DNA of 64,000 nucleotides, from assembly GCA_002104905.1 (NCBI GenBank), contig MCFE01000433.1:1-64000 (forward strand), read 5' to 3'. Of the stretch, positions 54,192 to 64,000 are shown piece after piece. This DNA is from Basidiobolus meristosporus CBS 931.73. Taxonomy: Eukaryota > Fungi > Basidiobolomycota. Position 1 is the first letter of the stretch; every line of letters begins with the position of its first letter. Below the pieces are notes generated by a model. It was not told the origin of the DNA, did no database searches, and saw nothing but the letters and a program-made list of their open reading frames with translations. Both the position numbers and the translations under genes were made by a program.

Positions 54192-55076
54192 TTACTCTTC
54201 ATAATGCTCCAGACACATTTCTCTCAGTGGATGTCTTCTTGTATGAACATACTGTGTATTGATAAGTATCTTAACTATTTTACCTATTCTGCTGTTTTCT
54301 CCTATATATGACTTTCCTCTGTATTTACCTGCCAATATGCTGAATCTCTTCAGATATCCAAATGCGTGCTCTACCCTTACTCTGAAATGATTAAATATCT
54401 CATTGTAGAGCTTCTGCTTCCTGCTAAGCACACCATTCCTTGGCTTCCTATAAGCTGTAATACATCCTAATCTCTGACAATCCTCTCCTATATAGGCCAA
54501 GTCTGCCATACATTTCTCCCCTCTACTGAATTCAGGATGATTCTCTACCCAGAGTGCTTTGTCATGCCTACTTCCAGCAAATGGCCCACTAAACCAGATG
54601 ATGTTACCCTCAATGTCAGACAGTGCTTGAAACTTCACACAGTGTGCCTTGTACTTGCCAGAATAAAAGTGCCTCTGCCCTCTAGAAGGTCTGTTAATCC
54701 TCACTGGGAAGGTATCCAAAATACTCCTGATATGGAACCTGTTGCTGAACACTCTGGGATATGGAAGTCTAATGGAGCTTCTGAACCTAGTATTCCAAGC
54801 TTGCTCTAAGTCATTCATACCCTCTGCAAGGTGGTTCTCCATTGCTGTCAGCTGGGAATGAAAGCTTCTAGGACTTTTGTTGCCATGGATGGTGGGATGA
54901 AACCTTGTAGGGCAATAGTTCTTGTAATAGCAGAGAAGCTTAACAAGGGATCTCCTTGAGTAGATTGGGGTTGATGGTCCACAGTACTTGGAATAGATCT
55001 CCTCCAGTGTGTCAAAAGGAAATCCAGTGGTAGTGATGGGATTGATGAGAAAAGACCATTCAGATGAGTAAGTCAT
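54192..55076 (-). CDS. PIF/Harbinger-type (DDE_Tnp_4) transposase, 294 aa, intact
   Basis: HTH-like LVKLLCYYKNY, ILDTFPV (D), FYSGKYKAH, GSRHDKAL (D), MADLAYIG (D), RVRVEHAFGYLKRFSIL (E). Confidence 0.9.
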   Translation of the reverse strand: MTYSSEWSFLINPITTTGFPFDTLEEIYSKYCGPSTPIYSRRSLVKLLCYYKNYCPTRFHPTIHGNKSPRSFHSQLTAMENHLAEGMNDLEQAWNTRFRSSIRLPYPRVFSNRFHIRSILDTFPVRINRPSRGQRHFYSGKYKAHCVKFQALSDIEGNIIWFSGPFAGSRHDKALWVENHPEFSRGEKCMADLAYIGEDCQRLGCITAYRKPRNGVLSRKQKLYNEIFNHFRVRVEHAFGYLKRFSILAGKYRGKSYIGENSRIGKIVKILINTQYVHTRRHPLREMCLEHYEE

Positions 55077-55435
55077 ATTAAAATTGATGGATGATTGTAT
55101 GGAGGCGGTTTGAATCGATTCGGCGCAATCTGCGTTATTTATCTGATTTTTAACACATTATGGTTAAATCTCCATCAATTGCCATGTATCCCATCATTAT
55201 GTTGCAAAAATCATCCGCAAACAATGCCTTGGTACTTTTATTGATGCTTTATTCATAGGTCTATAATCAAATAGGAAATCTGCGATTGATGTGATCTGAT
55301 CCGTGTCAACGCGATCCGAGATGCATCATGCCTAATATATGGAAAATTCAACAATCACTTTAGTTTTCATATATATTTCATATAAGACCAGGTTGATGCC
55401 AATATACTGCTGTATAAGTATCCAAATCCGTTGCT

Positions 55436-56707
55436 ATGGTCCCCATACCAAGCCTCAACTCATCTTTAGTACAACCCAGACAAAACCCATCCCCCAGCTC
55501 TCTAGCGCGGTCCGGACTGCAAAAGTTGATGTTGGATCCGTTCGAGTTCTTGCCAAATGATTTTAGTATGGCCCAAGTGTCTATGATGAGCCTTCATACA
55601 GATATTTGGGCACTACTGATTAATCTAGCAGAACTAGATACCTCAGAGAGTCGACAAAGATGGAAGAATTTGAGTAGAAAGCTGTGGCATGAGTTCTACA
55701 TCAAGATGCCAGCCGATGTATGTAAAAAGATATATAACAAGACAAGTATTGAAATCAAGAATGAGCTGAGAGTGAGGGGATTTGACGAGGAAGCCGCGCG
55801 GGAACAATTTTGCGCGCAATTTGCACAGTACGGGCCGGATGCGTCCGTTCGTGCCTCAACTTTGGGAACCAAAGAGATTTTGAATGAGTTTTTGCCTCAA
55901 ATGACTAATGTACTACGTGATATATTAGTAGAGCTAAGTGGCTTCCGAGAGCAATATACACAGGACTCATCCAGGCAACAGCTCCAAAGTATCAGACAGA
56001 GGGTAAGTGAATACCTTGAGGAATCAGATGGTGAGCTTCAGGAGGAAGAATACAGACCGCGAGCAACATCGTCCAGATCGCGCCAGCACGCCTTGCTGGA
56101 TTCCCTACCATCTCTTGCAACCACAGCGCGCCGGCGCACGTCAGTCCAGACCACGCCAACATCCTTTACCAGAACGCCCCGCGTCGAGTCAACGCGCATT
56201 GAGTCAACGCGCATCGGGTCAACGCGCGCGCTTCAGAGCAAAACTACCATAACTCGCCAAACTGCTCATTTAGACACAAGTCTATTGGAGCGGACCGAGT
56301 CGCGTCAACATGCGGCATCACATCAAACTCAGCCAAGGGCCATCTCAACGCGTCAAGGTGCGCCTGCGCGTGCCGTTTTGCCTGACCATCAGCGAGTTAC
56401 TTCTGGTGAACTGACTGATGATGACCAACATGAAGTGACTCAACCACCGGAGCCCTTGGCAAGTAAAAGAACGCGTCAGCGCGTGGCACTACAGGCCGGT
56501 TCAGTTGGTTCAGTTGGTTCAGTCGGAGCAATTCAGCGCGGCCAAGCTGCAGCATCGCACTCATCAACTAGGAGGCAAAATACTGACTACGAATACACAA
56601 GTAGCCAAGATGATCGTCAGCCAGGAAGTAGTATAGGTGTGCAAAGTGAGTCACTACCAAATGCTTCAGTAGTAATCCCTGTGAGAAAAAAACCCAGGAG
56701 AAGATGA
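55436..56707 (+). CDS. Harbinger ORF2: probable Myb/SANT/trihelix-like DNA-binding protein with disordered R/S/T-rich tail and C-terminal NLS-like RKKPRR
   Basis: 423-aa open frame inside the TIRs. IWALL...RWKNLSRKLWHEF....CKKIYN resembles the trihelix tryptophan pattern. The true start may be ATG 55568 or nearby. Confidence 0.7.
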   Translation: MVPIPSLNSSLVQPRQNPSPSSLARSGLQKLMLDPFEFLPNDFSMAQVSMMSLHTDIWALLINLAELDTSESRQRWKNLSRKLWHEFYIKMPADVCKKIYNKTSIEIKNELRVRGFDEEAAREQFCAQFAQYGPDASVRASTLGTKEILNEFLPQMTNVLRDILVELSGFREQYTQDSSRQQLQSIRQRVSEYLEESDGELQEEEYRPRATSSRSRQHALLDSLPSLATTARRRTSVQTTPTSFTRTPRVESTRIESTRIGSTRALQSKTTITRQTAHLDTSLLERTESRQHAASHQTQPRAISTRQGAPARAVLPDHQRVTSGELTDDDQHEVTQPPEPLASKRTRQRVALQAGSVGSVGSVGAIQRGQAAASHSSTRRQNTDYEYTSSQDDRQPGSSIGVQSESLPNASVVIPVRKKPRRR

Positions 56708-57809
56708 TGCGATCGCTTTGAATTGCTGACATTTGTAATGATCCGGACAACTCTTTTTTTTTGCGATCCGAAACAAGCCATCGCAAATCAGTGATCATCA
56801 AATTTTTGATATAAGTAATATCAAGGTCGTCTCACATTTGAGACAGAACCCCTATAAATAAACACCCTGCATATATATACGTCATCTGTAATACCAGTGC
56901 AGCTATTGGATCTGTTTTGCACCTACACAATTGCTTGCGTGCTAGCTATGACACCTTGCCCAATCACTAGGATCAGGGATTTACTTGCTCAATGGGCAAA
57001 ATGGGATATTTGATGGCAAATCAGGTAGCTTTTTCAGTAGTCAATGAGCCAATTGGGGGCTGCCAGCTTCAGGATACTTTTGGACCAATTAACCACTGAG
57101 ATACCGTACAATTGGAGTGAGGGTAACCAAAATGGTAAGTATCAGTGTAGTTTATAGTGTGATACACATTTATTTCCATTTACATTAAAGAAACATATCC
57201 AAATAGCGGATTTTACCTGCCATTATAGCGGTATCCGATCACGCACGTGATGCAAGCATTACGACTTGGCGCAATCATCCGCGCCAACCTCATTGTGTCA
57301 GATTGTGCCATAGTGTGCGAGATTGTCCTGCATAGTGCAAAATCGTCCAAGAACAATCCTGCCTTCTGGTAGCTATAATATCGCGCCCAATCGTTCTTTG
57401 CAACCGCGGATTGTGCCGCGCGCCCTGGCACGGTACAATGGAACAAGTCTATAGTGTGATACACATTTATTTCCATTTAAATTGAAGAAACATATCCAAG
57501 TGCCATATTTTACTTGCCATATTAGCAGTATGCAATTGCGCACATGATGTAGACAATAGGGGTTGGCACAGTCACCCATGCCATAATATCAGGTACCCTG
57601 GACATGAAAATTCTCAGAGTTGTTCAAACAGCCCTAAACTTTGCACACATGTACTTGGGACCATCTTAAATCTATTCTGTTTGTTTTTTATGCCAAGACC
57701 ATGCAAAAGTATAATTACTACTTTTACATTAAATAAGTCATCAAGTGAAAACCCCATAATCTACTAGTCCTCCCATATCATTTCAGATATCTCCAAGACT
57801 TTTACAACA

Positions 57810-58365
57810 GGTCATGAGCCCCAAGCTGTCACCCTCTGCAATGTCTACTACTGCTATGACTGAAAATCTCCCTCTGCTAGAAAGTTGGATGGATCTAACT
57901 AACTAGTGTGGAAGGTGAAGATGAAGATACTGATAAAAGAAAGAGTCCATTGGGATATTGTCCAAAAGAAATGTGGGATAGAAATCCTCAAAGTGCTAGA
58001 TGTAAGAACAAAGTGCATTTAACTGCATTTGCCTTAATGTCAAAGACAAATTGCTAATTCAATGCTTAAGAGCAAAAATGGCAGAGAATACCTGGAAGGT
58101 ATTTGAAAAACCTACCAGTCATGTTCAGCTGCCAAGAAATGCATCTTGGATGAAAATTCTTTACTACAAAGATGCCAACTGGAGACAAAATGAAAAATAT
58201 AATTAACAGAATTACCCTGCTGGTGGATGAGATGGAATCTATGGGTGTAACAACTACTGATGAGGATGTGATAGCAATCACCCTGAAGAGCCTGAAAGAC
58301 AGGTTCCAGGGCCTTGTAGCAGCCCTAGAGTCCAGAACCAAAGATTTGGCCTTAAACTACATATT
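57810..58365 (+). mobile_element. Ty1/copia 5' region: PBS plus gag relic, interrupted by the foldback MITE
   Basis: GGTCATGAGCCC at 57810-57821, then KLDGSN*LVWK and 58172-58365 (MKNIINRI..LVDEMESMG....EDVIAITLKSL..RFQGLVAALESR..DL). Confidence 0.75.
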
Positions 58366-59099
58366 AGACTTGTTCCGTTGGATAGTGCCACATTGAGCCA
58401 TGAGTACCAAATAGTGCCATAGTGTGCCTGAGAGTCAGAGCAGACCTAAACTTGGCCATAGAGTGTGACATATAGTTCTGCATGTTCATGCAAAGCAGCC
58501 CCTGTGTTTCACCTATGGTGCAGGAGAAAATCAGTTTTTTAACCTTTTTTTTGGGATCAAAATTGTGCATGACATACAAGAGCACAGACAGACTGAAGAT
58601 ATGCATCTGGTACACAATACCCATGGCACTCTAAATCTAGCCCCACAGGCTTGTAGCATGTCACAAAAATGCATGGCACTATCTTGGTCCACTGGTACTA
58701 TCTGGCACTATATTTAAATATTAGCCCTAAAGTAGAACCTATACAAAGCACTTATAGTGCCAGATAGTACTAGTGGACCAAGATAGTGCCATGCATTTTT
58801 GTGACATGCTACAGGCCTGTGGGGCTAGATTTAGAGTGCCATGGGTATTGTGTACCAGATGCATATCTTCAGTCTGCCTGTGCTCTTTTATGTCATGCGC
58901 AATTTTGATCCCAAAAAAAAGATTAAAAAACTGATTTTCTCCTGCACCATGGGTGAAACACAGGGGCTGCTTTGCATGAATATGCAGAACTATATGTCAC
59001 ACTCTGTGGCCAAGTTTAGGTTTGCTCTGACTCTCAGGCACACTATGGCACTATTTGGCACTCATGGCTCAATGTGGCACTATCCAACGGAACAAGTCT
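58366..59099. mobile_element. Foldback MITE of the Harbinger family, 734 bp: two 347-bp inverted arms and a 40-bp spacer, TSD ATT
   Basis: 58366-58712 is the reverse complement of 58753-59099 (11 substitutions by eye). It shares the TIR AGACTTGTTCCGTTGGATAGTGCCACAT with copy 2. ATT at 58363-58365 and 59100-59102. Confidence 0.93.
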
Positions 59100-59218
59100 A
59101 TTATCTATCACTTAAGCCCCTCTTGGTGAGATCTATGTATTGATCCAACTGAGACAAGTTGGGGGGGCAAATATTTTGAGGTAATAAACATAAGCCTTTA
59201 TTACCTTGCTACCTTCTA

Positions 59219-62200
59219 TTGGAAGCTATTCTTAGCCATGTGGTACTAACTGGACCTAGAAGCTCTCCCAGCTACCAAGTACAGTCAGTAATTACCCACA
59301 GATTTGGTTTCATCTCTGAGGAAATAAGCACAAGTGAGGTAATGTCTACTACAATGAAGCTGAGAGCATACAGAGGAAAGAGAGAGAAAGCCCTTGAGTG
59401 GTTTGATAAGCTTGAGAGAGTTGTGGTTGAAGCAGGATGGGACAACAATAAGAAAGTAAGGGGGTTTGCAAGACATGCAGAGTGGTCAGCATAGCAATGG
59501 TGTTATGGGTTGGAAGCCACTGCAGTGGGGTCACAGTGACACCCACTGACAGTTGTGCTCATTCTCATATTAGACTTGTTCCATTGAATAGTGCCACATA
59601 GTTCCAGCCTATTTATAGTGCTGGATCAATCTGGCACCCTACAGCACTATCTGGCAATATAATTTCTACCATGATGCCAGTGGTATGATACAGTTACTGG
59701 TAATTTTACTCAATCTTACTTATATTACTCAGAATAGTGCTTTCCTTGCTTTATTTACTTCTCATAATGCTCCAGACACATTTCTCTCAGTGGATGTGTT
59801 CTTGTATGAACATACTGTGCATTAATAAGTATCTTAACTATTTTACCTATTCCGCTGTGTTCTCTTATATATGACTTTACTCTTTATTTACCTGTTAATA
59901 TGCTGAATCTCTTCAGATATTGAAATGTGTGCTCTACCCTCACTCTGAAATGATTAAATATCTCATTGTAGAGCTTCTGCTTCCTGCTAAGCACACCATT
60001 CCTTGGCTTCCTATAAGCTGTAATACATCCTAATCTGTGACAATCCTCTTCTATATAGGCCAAGTCTGCCATACATTTCTCCCCTCTACTGAATTCAGGA
60101 AGATTCTCTACTCAGAGTACTTTGTCATGCCTACTTCCAGAAAATGGCCCACTAAACCAGATGATGTTACCCTCAATGTCAGACAGTGCTTGAAACCTCA
60201 CACAGTGTGCCTTGTACTTGCCAAAATAAAAGTGCCTCTGCCCTCTAGAAGGTCAGTTAATCCTCACTGGGAAGGTATCCAAAATACTCCTGATATGGAA
60301 CCTGTTGCTGAACACTCTGGGATATGGAAGTCTATTGGAGCTTCTGAACCTAGTATTCCAAGCTTGCTCTAAGTCATTCATACCCTCTGCAAGGTGGTTC
60401 TCCATTGCTGTTAGCTGGGAATAGAAGCTTCTAGGACTTTTGTTGCCATGGATGGTGGGATGAAACCTTGTAGGGCAATAGTTCTTGTAATAGCAGAGAA
60501 GCTTAACAAGGGATCTCCTTGAGTAGAATGGGGTAGATGGTCCACAGTACTTGGAATACATCTCCTCTAGTGCGTCAAAATGAAATCCAGTGGTAGTGAT
60601 GGGATTGATGAGAAAAGACCATTCAGATGAGTAAGTCATATTAAAATTGGTGGATGATTGTATGGAGTTGGCATGAGTTGATTCAGCACAATCTGCATTA
60701 TTTATCTGATTTTTAATGCATTATGATTAAACCTCCATCAATTGCCATGTATCCCATCATTATGTTGCAAAAATCATCCGCAAACAATGCCTTAGTACTT
60801 TTAGTGACGCTTTACTCATAGGTCTATAATCAAATAGGAAGTCTGCAATTGATGTGACCTAATCCGTGTCAATGCAATCCAAGATGCATCATGCATAATA
60901 TATGGAAAATTCAACAGTCACATTAGTTTTCATATATATTTCATATAAGACCAGGTTGATGCCAATATACTGCTGTATAAGTATCCAAATCTGTTGCTAT
61001 GGTCCCCATACCAAGTCTGAGCTCATCTTTAGTACAACCCAGACAAAACCCATCCCCCAGCTCACAAGCTTGGTCTGGACCGGAAAGGTTGATGTTGGAT
61101 CTGTTTGAGTTCTTGCCAAATGATTTTAGTATGGCCTGAGTATCAACAATGAGCCTTCATACAGATATTTGGGCACTACTGATTAATCTAGCAGAACTAG
61201 ATACCTCAGAGAGCCAAGAAAGATGGAAGAACTTGAGTAGAAAGCTGTGGCATGAGTTCTACATCAAGATGCCATCCAATGTATGTAAGAAGATATATAA
61301 CAAGACAAGTATTGAAATCAAGAATGAGCTGAGAGTGAGGGGATTTGATGAAGAAGCTGCATGGGAACAATTTTGCGCGCAATATGCACAGTATGGGCTG
61401 GATGTGTCCATTTGTGCCTTAACTTTGGGAACCAAAGATATTTTGAATGAGTTTTTGCCTCAAATGACTAATGTACTATGTGATATATTAGTAGAGCTAA
61501 GTGGCTTCCAAGAGCAATATACACAGGACTCATCCAGGCAACAGTTGCAAAGTAGTAGACAGAGAGTAAGTGAATACCTTGAGGAATCAGATGGTGAGCT
61601 TCAGGAGGAAGAATACAGACTGTGAGTAACATTGTCCAGATTGCGCCAGCATGCCTTGCTGAATTCCTTACCATCTATTGCAACCATAGCGTGCCAGTGC
61701 ACATCAGTCAGACTATGCCAACAACCTTTTAGCAGAACACCCTGCATCAAGTCAATATGCATTGGGTCAACACGCACGCTTCAGAGCAAAGCTACCAGAA
61801 CTTGCCAAACTGCTCATTTAGACACAAGTCCATTGGAGCGGACCAAGTCACGTCAACATGCAGCATCACATTGAACTCAGCCAAGGGCCATCTCAACGTG
61901 TCAAGTTGTGCCTGTGCATGCCATTTTGCCTGACCATCAGCAAGTTACTTCTGGTGAACTGACTGATGATGACCAACATGAAGTGCCTCAACCACCAGAG
62001 CCCTTGGCAAGTAAAAGAATGCATCAGCATGTGGCACTCCAGGCTGGTTCAGTTGGTTCAGTCAAAGCAATTTAGTGTGGCCAAGCTGCAACATTGCAAT
62101 CATCAACTAGGAGGCAAAATACTGACTACAAATACACAAGTAGCCAAGATGATAGTCAGCCAGGAAGTAGTGTAGGTGTGCAAAATGAGTCACTACCAAA

Positions 62201-64000
62201 TGCTTCAGTAGTAATCCCTGTGAGAAAAAAACCCAGGAGAAGATGATGCAATTGCTTTGAATTACTATTATTTGTAATGATCCCAACCCATTTTTTTGCA
62301 ATCCAAATCAAGCCATTGCAATTCAGTGATCATCAAATATTTGATTTAAGTAATATCAAGTTTGTCTCACATTTGAGACAGAACCCCTATAACTAAACAC
62401 CCTGCATATATATACATCATATGTAATACCAGTGCAGCTACTGGATCTGTTTGGCACCTACCCAATCACCAGCATGCTAGCTATGACACCTTGTACAATC
62501 ACTAGGATCAGGGATTTACTTGCTCAATGGGCAAAATGAGATATTTGATGGCAAATCAGGTAGCTTGTTTAGTAGGCAATGAGCCAATTGGGGGCTGCCA
62601 GTCTCAAGATACTTTTGGACCAATTAACCACTGAGATATAGTCCAATTGGAGTGATGGTAACTAAAATGGTAGGTATCAGTGTAGCTTATAGTATGATAC
62701 ACATTTATTTCCATTTAGATTAAAGAAACATATTGAAATACCGGATTTTACCTGCCATAATAGCGGTATCCAATTGCGCACGTGATGCAAACATTATAAG
62801 TTGGTGCAATCATCCATGCCAACCCCATTGTGTCAGATTGTGCCATAGTGTCCAAGATTGTCTCACATTGTGCAAAATTGTTCAAGAACAATCCTGCCTA
62901 CTGGTAGCTATAATATTGCCCCCAATTGTTCTTTACAACCGTGGATTGTGCCACATGCCCTGGCACAGTATGATAGAACAAGTCTATTTTCCACTTCCCT
63001 ATTTCTCTGCTACACTAGTTTTAGTTTTATCCCACTTGTTGTACTTGATTAATACTATCCCTTATACTGGCTGACTATTGCACATGCTTACCTTATTGCA
63101 TAAATTATCCCTCACTTTATGTAAGGTTACTTGGTGTAAGTGCTTCTATATTAGGCAAGTACCTGTGCCAGTACCTGTGACACATGATCCAACTGTGTCA
63201 GGGAGGCAAAGGAACCTGTAGTAGAGGTTCTGTCAAAGGGAAACAATGCAGAAGTGAGTGAAGAAGTACAGGATGAATCCTGGGCTGAAGTATTGAACAG
63301 AACTAGGAATACTAATATGTCCTCCCACAGTCTATCCCCCATAGTGAAGGTACTAGAGCAAACCAAGGCAACCCTCCCAACACCAATTTACTGGGACTTG
63401 CCCCAGCTGCAGTCAAAGAATTGTTGGAGGGATTGAAGGAGATAACAATCCTTCATGTCAACCAGTTGGTCCTACAAAAGCCAAGTAAGGGTACATATGT
63501 AAAGCTATGTATAGAGAATAAGGAAATTCTTGCCTCTTTGACACAGGATCCTTTACATTAATCATGTCAGAGTCATTAGCAAAATGTCTAAAATTAGACA
63601 TAGTCCCCAATGGCACCATTCAAGTACAGCTAGCAAATTAACAGGTGAAACAACCACAGTCACCAATCTTCACTCAAAAGGTGATAAAAATACCATCTGC
63701 CAGCAAGATGGTGATCTCATTAGATACACCAACAGCATATTTGACAATGGGAGTAATGATAACTGCAACAAAGGTATTCCATCATCTGGAAGGAATCTTT
63801 ATCCCTAAATATGGATTCCATCAAAATTCAAAGCGCAAAATGTGAAATTCTTAGTGGTCAACAACTGACAACATATGGCGGTACTGGCTTTTGGAGTGAT
63901 GTTGTTAAGCAAAGAGGAAGTTGACAGAAACAACCAAGGACAACCTACAATCAAGGAGCCAGAAGAGGGGCTCCCCAAACTGGATGTGGGCCCCAGTCTA
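59219..64000 (+). mobile_element. Degenerate Ty3/gypsy-like gag-protease region, interrupted by Harbinger copy 3
   Basis: KLRAYRGKREKALEWFDKLERVVVEAGWDNNKKV (gag-like, ~59350-59460) and the aspartic protease motif CLFDTGSFTLIMS at ~63531-63570. That both parts belong to one element is inferred. Confidence 0.6.
59572..62985. mobile_element. PIF/Harbinger-type element copy 3, 3414 bp, full length but inactivated
   Basis: TIRs at both ends; TSD ATT (59569-59571 / 62986-62988); collinear with copy 2. The transposase has a nonsense codon at 60253-60255 and ORF2 is stopped at 61623-61625. Confidence 0.92.

Larger units (their letters stand above)
54009..57450. mobile_element. PIF/Harbinger-type DNA transposon copy 2, 3442 bp, apparently intact and autonomous
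   Basis: TIR AGACTTGTTCC...GGAACAAGTCT; TSD ATA (54006-54008 / 57451-57453); clustered TAGTGCCA/TGGCACTA subterminal repeats; two open, divergently oriented ORFs. Confidence 0.92.
51978..57595. mobile_element. PIF/Harbinger-type element copy 1 (old, ORF2 5' half deleted, interrupted by copy 2 at 54009-57450, right end truncated)
   Basis: Left TIR AGACTTGTTC at 51978 after ATA. Broken transposase around 52150-53043 (fragment 52374-52811). About 1.1 kb is missing near 53185 relative to copy 2. Homology to the right subterminal region resumes at 57451. Confidence 0.85.

Noticed and set aside
56348-56476. Two ACGCGT (MCB cell-cycle box) motifs in Harbinger ORF2
   Set aside because: They fall in coding sequence (Thr-Arg codons) within a CpG-rich stretch, where chance occurrence is likely; no promoter context.

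Overview
Eukaryotic window, most likely from an early-diverging fungus (inferred from short 50-90 nt GT-AG introns and gene content; the organism cannot be identified from sequence alone). It has two compartments. (1) 1 to ~30.5 kb is gene-bearing with normal CpG content. It holds a giant RNF213/mysterin-like AAA+ protein gene with an N-terminal CBM20-type domain (minus strand, runs off the left edge, with a cluster of 1-bp indels in the AAA core), an FMN split-barrel (PNPOx-like) gene, a Rab8/Sec4 GTPase, a CreA/Mig1-type C2H2 factor, a probable small mitochondrial orphan, a very divergent dephospho-CoA-kinase-like gene, a NIPA Mg2+ transporter, a cAMP-receptor-like GPCR and a transmembrane RING-H2 ligase. 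(2) ~31 to 64 kb is a CpG-depleted nest of transposons: Ty1/copia and Ty3/gypsy relics, solo LTRs, two decayed CACTA-like elements, a CACTA-like MITE with ~200-bp TIRs, and a PIF/Harbinger-type family. That family has three long copies, one apparently intact and inserted into an older copy of itself, plus a near-perfect 347-bp-arm foldback derivative. The most interesting signals are the fungal RNF213-like candidate immune ligase and the intact Harbinger copy, whose transposase ORF is almost CpG-free while its partner Myb-like ORF is CpG-rich, in a compartment where CpGs in sister copies have decayed.
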